Assembly: GCA_937973635.1 (NCBI GenBank)
Contig: CALJJZ010000044.1
Location: 72-64,071 of the forward strand
Length of the DNA stretch: 64,000 nucleotides
Direction of reading: 5' to 3'
Source: an uncultured Bacillota bacterium
Lineage (GTDB): Bacteria > Bacillota > Dethiobacteria > DTU022 > UBA8154
Shown here: in pieces, positions 58,360-64,000 of the stretch
Numbering within the stretch: the stretch's first letter is position 1
How the letters are laid out: each line of letters begins with the position of its first letter
Notes under the pieces: model-generated
The model's database searches: none
Told to the model about the DNA's origin: nothing
Seen by the model: only the letters and a program-made list of their open reading frames with translations
Translations under genes and position numbers: made by a program

Positions 58360-59133
58360 ATGCCAGTTGCAGGAATGGATATCGGTTCCCTGTCCACGGA
58401 AGTGGTGATCCTGGATCAAGAGCATAAGCATATTATTGCGGCGGTTATTCTCCCCACCGGCGCCAGCAGCAAAACGGCCATCAACCGGGCTATGGAAGAA
58501 GCTTTGCGGCAAAGCGGGCTTTCTTTTGCTCAGCTGGAACGCATTGTGGCTACAGGATACGGGAGAGTAAGCGTCCCTTTCATCCATGAAAAGGTAACGG
58601 AGATAACCTGCCACGGCCGGGGAGCTTACCACCTGGACCCGTCGGTACGCACCGTAATCGATATAGGGGGACAGGACAGCAAGGTAATCTGTCTGAATGC
58701 CCAGGGTAAAGTGGTCGATTTTCTCATGAACGAAAAGTGCGCCGCGGGGACAGGTCGTTTTCTGGAAGTTATGTGCCAGGCCCTGGAGGTGGACTTAAAC
58801 GACTTTTCCCGCCTGGCTGCTCAAACGAACAAAACGGTTCCCATCAGCAGCATGTGTACAGTCTTTGCTGAATCTGAAGTTGTCTCCCTGATTGCTGAAG
58901 GCTATCCCCGGGAACAGATTATCCGGGGTATTATTGCCTCTATTGTGGAACGGACGGAACTTATGGCCAACCGTATCGGCATCGTCGGCAAAGTGATGAT
59001 GACCGGCGGCGTAGCCAAAAACAGGGCGGTAGTGGAGGCCTTACAGGAAAAACTGGGGGTGAAAATAATAGTGCCCCAGGAACCGCAAGTGGTAGGGGCC
59101 CTGGGCGCTGCCTTGCTGGCTGCGGAAATGTAG
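58360..59133 (+). CDS. CoA-substrate-specific enzyme activase (HgdC/BcrAD-type ATPase, [4Fe-4S]-bridged)
   Basis: ASKHA fold (GMDIGSLSTEVV, DIGGQDSK, CAAGTGRFLE). RBS AAGGGAGG before the ATG. Confidence 0.8.
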   Translation: MPVAGMDIGSLSTEVVILDQEHKHIIAAVILPTGASSKTAINRAMEEALRQSGLSFAQLERIVATGYGRVSVPFIHEKVTEITCHGRGAYHLDPSVRTVIDIGGQDSKVICLNAQGKVVDFLMNEKCAAGTGRFLEVMCQALEVDLNDFSRLAAQTNKTVPISSMCTVFAESEVVSLIAEGYPREQIIRGIIASIVERTELMANRIGIVGKVMMTGGVAKNRAVVEALQEKLGVKIIVPQEPQVVGALGAALLAAEM

Positions 59134-59190
59134 GGGAGAGGGGAAAATATATGTATTTTCCTATTTCAGGAAGGGCAGGTTGGCAGAAAA

Positions 59191-60339
59191 GTGGATAAAA
59201 AAAATATTTTCCGAGAATTAGATGCCGGGGAGCTGCTTTTCAGCGAGGGCGACGAAGGTTGGGAGATGTTCATCGTAATCAGCGGATCCGTGCAGGTCTT
59301 CTTGTTGCGGGATGGTTTGCAAATAATCCTTGCTAACCTGGGGCCCGGCCATTTTTTTGGTGAGATGTCTTTGCTTGAAGGAGAGACGCGCAGTGCCAGC
59401 GTTGCCGCAGATAAACCCGCCAAGCTCCTGGTAATCAACCATGACAATTTTCAGCAATTTATTTGCTCTAATCCCTCGCTGGCTGTTAAGCTGATGAAGG
59501 GCTTAAGCGGCCGCTTGCGTAGGAGCAATGAGCAGATCACCCGCATGGAGAGCGAATTGCTCTTGCACGGGAAAAAAATGCAGGAACCGGAAGGGGAGGA
59601 AAGCAAGGCCGCGGTGGGCTTGTTCAATGAGCTTTCTGCCGATGAACTGGAGCGGCGGCTGCGCAGAAGCCTGCAGAGCGCCCATATCCATCAGATGAGC
59701 TGTCCCGTTTGTCATAATAACTTTAAAAGCTATATTCTCCAAGATAAGAATTTAACGAAGCATACCAGGGATTTTTGGCTCCGTGACCGCTACGAAGGCC
59801 TTGAACCATTACTTTTCCGCAATGTGTGCTGCCGCCGCTGCTTTTTTGCCGCCCCAGCGGAGAGTTTTTTAGAGATCGGGCAGTTGCAGAAAGAGAGGCT
59901 GAAGAACGAAGAGAGGATGCGGCGCAGCAAAGTTGCCTTGCCGGAAGAGGAGGGAGTTGATTACGACCATGCCATCGGCCATTACAGGCTTGCCCTTTTA
60001 TGCCTGGAAGATACGGACAATAACCTCTCCCTCCTGGCCCGGCTTGCCCTGGAGCTTTCCTGGTTGTGCCGGGAAGCGGGGAAAAGCGAAGCAGAGGGCG
60101 AAGCTTTGCGGCAGGCTGGCGAGTACCTTGAAAGGGCTGCAGAAAGGCTGACCCTGAGCAATGTAGAAAAACAAAACAACCTTTACTTACAGGGTTTGGT
60201 TAATTTACGCCTGGGAGATCTGGAAAGGGGCAAAGATCTGCTAGGGCAAGCCCTTTCTGCCAAGGAGCTAACCGTAGTGCGGCTGATGGCCCATCAGATT
60301 ATGGAAAAAATAAAGGAGAACCAGCCTTTGCCCCTCTAA
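59191..60339 (+). CDS. cNMP-binding-domain protein with Cys-rich/TPR-like C-terminal domain of unknown function
   Basis: N-terminal cyclic-nucleotide-binding fold (FGEMSLLEGETRSASVAA). The C-terminal approximately 230 aa contains CPVCHNNF...CCRRCFF and helical repeats. Confidence 0.55.
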   Translation: MDKKNIFRELDAGELLFSEGDEGWEMFIVISGSVQVFLLRDGLQIILANLGPGHFFGEMSLLEGETRSASVAADKPAKLLVINHDNFQQFICSNPSLAVKLMKGLSGRLRRSNEQITRMESELLLHGKKMQEPEGEESKAAVGLFNELSADELERRLRRSLQSAHIHQMSCPVCHNNFKSYILQDKNLTKHTRDFWLRDRYEGLEPLLFRNVCCRRCFFAAPAESFLEIGQLQKERLKNEERMRRSKVALPEEEGVDYDHAIGHYRLALLCLEDTDNNLSLLARLALELSWLCREAGKSEAEGEALRQAGEYLERAAERLTLSNVEKQNNLYLQGLVNLRLGDLERGKDLLGQALSAKELTVVRLMAHQIMEKIKENQPLPL

Positions 60340-60350
60340 GGCAGCTGGAG

Positions 60351-60905
60351 CTATGCTTGTGCTGTGTCCACTAACCCGGCGGCTTTCAGGCGGCGTCTGA
60401 CCTGGGGCCCTAGCACCGCTGCAGCGCCCAGCTTGACAAGGTCGAGGGGGATAAAAGGCAAGGCCCCAAGGAGCAGTGCCTGGGGCAGGCCCAGCCCGGC
60501 TACGAAAGAAAGTTGCAGCACGCCCAGCCCGTATACAATGAGCAGGCAGAGAAGCATGCCTACGGCTGTGCTGATAAGGGAATTGCTCCGTTCGCTTATT
60601 TTGCCCAAGAGATAGCCTCCGAGCACGAAACCCCACAGGTAACCGCCGGTAGGCCCCAGGAGAATGTGCAGGCCTCCTTGAAGATTGTGAAAGACAGGGA
60701 GACCTGTAGCGCCGAGCAGGATATACACAAAAAGGGAAACGGCGCTCCAGCGTGCTCCTAGGATAGATCCTGCCAGGAATACGCCAAAAATCTGGCCGGT
60801 CAAGGGGACAGGGCTGAAGGGCAGGGGTATGGACAGCTGTGCCAACAAGGCTACGATGGCGGCAAAAAGGCCGCTTAAAATAAGATGGCGCGTAGATTTA
60901 AACAT
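60351..60905 (-). CDS. bioY: Biotin transporter BioY (ECF S-component)
   Basis: Six-TM BioY-family profile, immediately downstream of birA. Confidence 0.8.
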   Translation of the reverse strand: MFKSTRHLILSGLFAAIVALLAQLSIPLPFSPVPLTGQIFGVFLAGSILGARWSAVSLFVYILLGATGLPVFHNLQGGLHILLGPTGGYLWGFVLGGYLLGKISERSNSLISTAVGMLLCLLIVYGLGVLQLSFVAGLGLPQALLLGALPFIPLDLVKLGAAAVLGPQVRRRLKAAGLVDTAQA

Positions 60906-60948
60906 TACTTTATTTTACCTCCTGTCTTTTTTAACTTCAGTCAGACGG

Positions 60949-61932
60949 TTAGGCCAAAATCACTTCTCCGGCAAGGAAACGCCTCTTTTTGCCTTTTTCC
61001 CCTTCGACTACCAGGGCTCCCTCCTGATCCAGCTCCCGGGCTGTCCCGGAAAAAGTATCTCCCGGGCTGATAATTGTTACTCTGCGTCCCAGGGTAACAT
61101 TATAAGCCCGCCAGCGGTCCAGCAAGGGGGCGGCTCCCTTTTCCCTGTATTCCTGATAGAGCTCGTCAAAGTGCTGCAGCACGGCTGCTGCCACTGCCGC
61201 CCGCGGCACTTCAACGCCGTTGTTTGCCAGCTTCAAAGAGATGGCGGTATCGCGCAGGGCGGGGGGAAGATCCTCCGGACCTGTGTTTACATTAATGCCG
61301 ATACCTATAATTAGATAGTGTACAAGATCTGTTTCCGCTTTGATCTCACAGAGGATGCCGCATACTTTGCGCCCGTTTAGGAGTACATCATTGGGCCATT
61401 TAATTCCGGGAGAGAGCCGGGGCAGTACGGAGCTGATACCCTGACAGACTGCTGCCGCTGCCAGCAGAGTAAAAGGAGAGGTCTTCTGGGGAGGGATTTC
61501 CGGCCTGAGCAAAAGGGAATAATAGATCCCTTTGCCTGCCGGGGAAGACCAGGACCGTCCCATTCTGCCTCTGCCCGTTTCCTGGTATTCGGCTACGACT
61601 ACTGTACCTTCAGGCGCCCCTTCTTCCGCCATTTTTTTTAAAACGTTGTTTGTGGAATCGGCAGAAGGGAGATGGCAGATAGAGGAAAGGGCGGGGGCAA
61701 TTAATTTTGTGTTCAGCCTGGCAGTTAGCTCTGCGGGGTAAAGGAGGTCGGGCACCTGCAGCAGCACGTAGCCCCGCCGCGGGCTGCCGCTTATGGCGTA
61801 ACCCATTTGTTGCAGGGACCTGATATTTTTCCAGACGGCGGTGCGGCTGACGCCCAGCCGGCGGGCTATGGCCTCCCCGGAAAGGGGGACTGGCCGGCTT
61901 TTTTTAAGTAGGTGGAGGATCTCTGTGCGCAT
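60949..61932 (-). CDS. birA: Bifunctional biotin--[acetyl-CoA-carboxylase] ligase / biotin operon repressor BirA
   Basis: N-terminal HTH (LSGEAIARRLGVSRTAVWKNIRSL), BPL catalytic domain (GRGRMGRSWSSP), and C-terminal SH3-like domain. Confidence 0.85.
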   Translation of the reverse strand: MRTEILHLLKKSRPVPLSGEAIARRLGVSRTAVWKNIRSLQQMGYAISGSPRRGYVLLQVPDLLYPAELTARLNTKLIAPALSSICHLPSADSTNNVLKKMAEEGAPEGTVVVAEYQETGRGRMGRSWSSPAGKGIYYSLLLRPEIPPQKTSPFTLLAAAAVCQGISSVLPRLSPGIKWPNDVLLNGRKVCGILCEIKAETDLVHYLIIGIGINVNTGPEDLPPALRDTAISLKLANNGVEVPRAAVAAAVLQHFDELYQEYREKGAAPLLDRWRAYNVTLGRRVTIISPGDTFSGTARELDQEGALVVEGEKGKKRRFLAGEVILA

Positions 61933-61996
61933 TTATATCCCGCTTCCTCTTTCTTTGGCCGGAATCCGGAATAGTGTAAACATCATAGCAGGCGCT

Positions 61997-62010
61997 TTGA
62001 CAAATGTCAA
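61997..62010. promoter_or_regulatory. Palindrome TTGACAAATGTCAA in the birA/valS divergent intergenic region. The adjacent direct repeats (A)TGTCAACCAT / (A)GTTAACCAT resemble BirA half-sites.
   Basis: Direct reading of the sequence. Spacing does not fit a canonical bioO, so the call is tentative. Confidence 0.3.
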
Positions 62011-62051
62011 CCATTTTTAGCGATATAGTTAACCATTTAATCATGTAAAGA

Positions 62052-62080
62052 TTGACTTGGCTTGGGGAAAAATGTAATAT
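62052..62080 (+). promoter_or_regulatory. Sigma-A promoter TTGACT-17-TAATAT upstream of valS
   Basis: TTGACT at 62052-62057 and TAATAT at 62075-62080, about 30 nt before the valS ATG. No T-box element found. Confidence 0.5.
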
Positions 62081-62112
62081 ATGCTAGACGAAACAGGAAA
62101 GGAACATACTTA

Positions 62113-64000
62113 ATGAGCGTTAATCTGCCGTCAGTTTATGATCCTGAAAAAGTAGAAGATAAAATTTACCAGTTTTGGCTTGCCGGTGATTTTTTTCGGG
62201 CGCTGCGGGTAAAAGGAAAAAAAACCTTTACCATTGTCATCCCCCCGCCCAATGTCACCGGTTCTTTACACATGGGCCATGCTCTGGATAACACCATCCA
62301 GGATGTCCTGATCCGCTGGCGCCGTATGCAGGGCCTCGACACGCTCTGGCTTCCCGGCACGGATCACGCCGGGATTGCCACGCAAAATAAAGTGGAGGAA
62401 CACCTGGCGGCGGAGGGCCTTACCCGCCATGACCTGGGCCGGGAGAAGTTTCTGGAGCGGGCCTGGAAATGGAAAGAGGAGTACCACGGGCGGATTGTCA
62501 GGCAGCTCCATAAACTGGGCGTTTCCTGCGACTGGTCGAGGGAACGCTTTACCCTGGACGAAGGTTGTTCCCGGGCTGTGCGCGAGGTCTTTGTTTCCCT
62601 TTATGAACGGGGCCTCATTTACCGTGGCAATTATATGATTAACTGGTGTACCCGCTGCCACACGGCCCTTTCGGATATTGAGGTGGAGCACGAGGAGAAA
62701 GCATCCACCCTTACCCATATCTCCTATCCGGGTGTGAGCTGGGAAGGATCTATTACCGTGGCCACCACGCGGCCTGAGACCATGCTTGGCGATACGGCTG
62801 TTGCCGTTAACCCGGAAGACCCCCGCTACAGGGATTTGATCGGGCGCAGGGTGCTGCTGCCCCTCCTGAACCGGGAGATTCCGATTATTGCCGATGCCTA
62901 TGTGGATCCCGCCTTCGGTTCCGGGGCGGTGAAGATTACGCCGGCCCACGACCCCAACGATTTTGAAATTGGCAGGCGCCATAACCTGGAAATGGTCGTG
63001 GCCATTGGTGAAAACGGGCTGATTACAGAGGGAATGGGCCCCTATGCAGGGATGGACCGCTATGCGGCCCGCCGTGTTATTGTGGATGACCTGAAAAAAG
63101 GCGGTTATCTGCAAAAAATAGAGGATTATACCCATGCTGTAGGTCACTGTCAGCGCTGCGGGACGGAAATCGAACCTCTCCTGTCCCTGCAGTGGTTTGT
63201 GTGCATGCAGCCGCTGGCCGGACCGGCCATTGAGGCGGTGACGCAGGGGCGCATCAGCTTTGTGCCCGAGCGCTTTACCCGTCCCTACCTGCATTGGATG
63301 GAAAATATCCGGGATTGGTGCATCTCGCGGCAGATCTGGTGGGGGCACCGTATTCCGGCCTGGTACTGTCCGTGCGGGGAGATGATCGTATCCAGGCAGG
63401 ACCCCGTTGCCTGTCCGTCCTGCGGCGGAGAGAAACTGGAGCAGGACCCCGATGTTCTTGATACCTGGTTCAGTTCGGCCCTCTGGCCTTTTTCTACGCT
63501 GGGCTGGCCGGAAAAAACGCCGGACCTGGAGCATTATTTCCCCACCAGCGTTCTGGTAACAGGCTATGATATTATTACTTTTTGGGTTTCGCGCATGATC
63601 TTTATGTCCCTGGAATTCATGAAAGATATTCCTTTTTCCCATGTCGCCGTACATGGCCTGGTGCGCGACGCCCAGGGCCGTAAGATGAGCAAATCTTTGG
63701 GTAATGGGGTAGATCCCCTGGAAGTAATCGAAGCTTTTGGCGCAGACACATTGCGGTTCACCCTAGTAACCGGCCAATCTCCGGGCAGTGACCAGCGCTT
63801 CCGGCCGGAAAACGTAGCCGCCAGCCGCAACTTTTCCAATAAAATCTGGAATGCCTCCCGTTATGTGCTCATGAACCTGGAAGGTTACCGTCCGGCGGCA
63901 GCGTTGCCGCCTGATCTGGAGCGCCGTGACCGCTGGATCCTGGACCGTTTAAATGATGTTACGGCAAAAACTACAGCATTGCTGGAAAACTACGAGCTGG
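62113..64000 (+). CDS. valS: Valyl-tRNA synthetase (N-terminal approximately 630 aa; continues past window end)
   Basis: HIGH motif ([15 protein letters not shown]) and class-I editing/CP1 region. Open to the end of the window. The 462-aa ORF on the opposite strand is antisense. Confidence 0.9.
   Translation, partial: MSVNLPSVYDPEKVEDKIYQFWLAGDFFRALRVKGKKTFTIVIPPPNVTGSLHMGHALDNTIQDVLIRWRRMQGLDTLWLPGTDHAGIATQNKVEEHLAAEGLTRHDLGREKFLERAWKWKEEYHGRIVRQLHKLGVSCDWSRERFTLDEGCSRAVREVFVSLYERGLIYRGNYMINWCTRCHTALSDIEVEHEEKASTLTHISYPGVSWEGSITVATTRPETMLGDTAVAVNPEDPRYRDLIGRRVLLPLLNREIPIIADAYVDPAFGSGAVKITPAHDPNDFEIGRRHNLEMVVAIGENGLITEGMGPYAGMDRYAARRVIVDDLKKGGYLQKIEDYTHAVGHCQRCGTEIEPLLSLQWFVCMQPLAGPAIEAVTQGRISFVPERFTRPYLHWMENIRDWCISRQIWWGHRIPAWYCPCGEMIVSRQDPVACPSCGGEKLEQDPDVLDTWFSSALWPFSTLGWPEKTPDLEHYFPTSVLVTGYDIITFWVSRMIFMSLEFMKDIPFSHVAVHGLVRDAQGRKMSKSLGNGVDPLEVIEAFGADTLRFTLVTGQSPGSDQRFRPENVAASRNFSNKIWNASRYVLMNLEGYRPAAALPPDLERRDRWILDRLNDVTAKTTALLENYEL

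Noticed and set aside
61933-62112. T-box riboswitch upstream of valS
   Set aside because: Leader is only about 30 nt after the predicted promoter. No T-box conserved sequence (AATTAGGGTGGNACCGCG-like) or specifier/antiterminator architecture found.
62266-63654. 462-aa ORF on the minus strand
   Set aside because: Antisense to valS, which has clear HIGH-motif class-I synthetase homology on the plus strand.

Overview
This 64-kb window looks like a chromosomal segment of a high-GC, Gram-positive, spore-forming anaerobe (Clostridia / Peptococcaceae-like). The cues are a SleB-type cortex hydrolase, LonB, the tig-clpP-clpX-lonB-lon-ysxC block, AzlCD, and CcdA/ResA. Genes are densely packed and mostly intact, and many adjacent starts and stops overlap, which suggests operons. 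In order, the window holds: an acyl-CoA synthetase (3' part), MATE efflux, a PaaI thioesterase, an ABC-F ATPase, and a c-di-AMP (ydaO-type) riboswitch driving a SleB-like hydrolase. Next come a HAD hydrolase, an NTP-transferase/PMM fusion with a degenerate PMM active site, and an ABC ATPase / FtsX-like permease / CxxC lipoprotein operon behind a palindromic operator; the permease has a duplicated His-rich loop. A REP/RAYT island follows, with a DenV-like glycosylase gene sitting between REP hairpins and a truncated IS256 transposase. After that are a five-gene ABC-2 export operon with a winged-helix regulator, tRNA-Ala, and azlCD. Then an ECF sigma / anti-sigma pair sits next to a copper-amine-oxidase-domain secreted protein. 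The most unusual block is 23.2-41.2 kb. Glutamate dehydrogenase is bracketed by two IclR regulators that share a TTCACA-N-TGTGAA palindrome. Downstream, one operon encodes a NuoE-like protein, a NuoF-like protein (HydB architecture), a NuoG-N-terminal-like ferredoxin, and a stand-alone GltB-domain-2 (YerD-like) FMN/Fe-S protein, with no hydrogenase or FDH catalytic subunit. It is followed by a LarA-family (DUF2088) gene under its own promoter, a TRAP transporter, CinA, a GltD-ferredoxin-MvhD fusion, and CcdA/ResA. I read this as a candidate undescribed NADH-linked flavin/Fe-S oxidoreductase system for a 2-oxo/2-hydroxy/2-amino dicarboxylate, possibly the glutamate / 2-oxoglutarate / 2-hydroxyglutarate axis. 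After that come a frameshift-riddled MFS pseudogene, aconitase, TtcA, NadE and the tig-clpP-clpX-lonB-lon-ysxC block. The window ends with an orphan 2-hydroxyacyl-CoA-dehydratase-like pair plus activase, a cNMP-binding/Cys-rich protein, bioY-birA (minus strand), and the start of valS. No CRISPR array, rRNA, or recognisable defence system is present.
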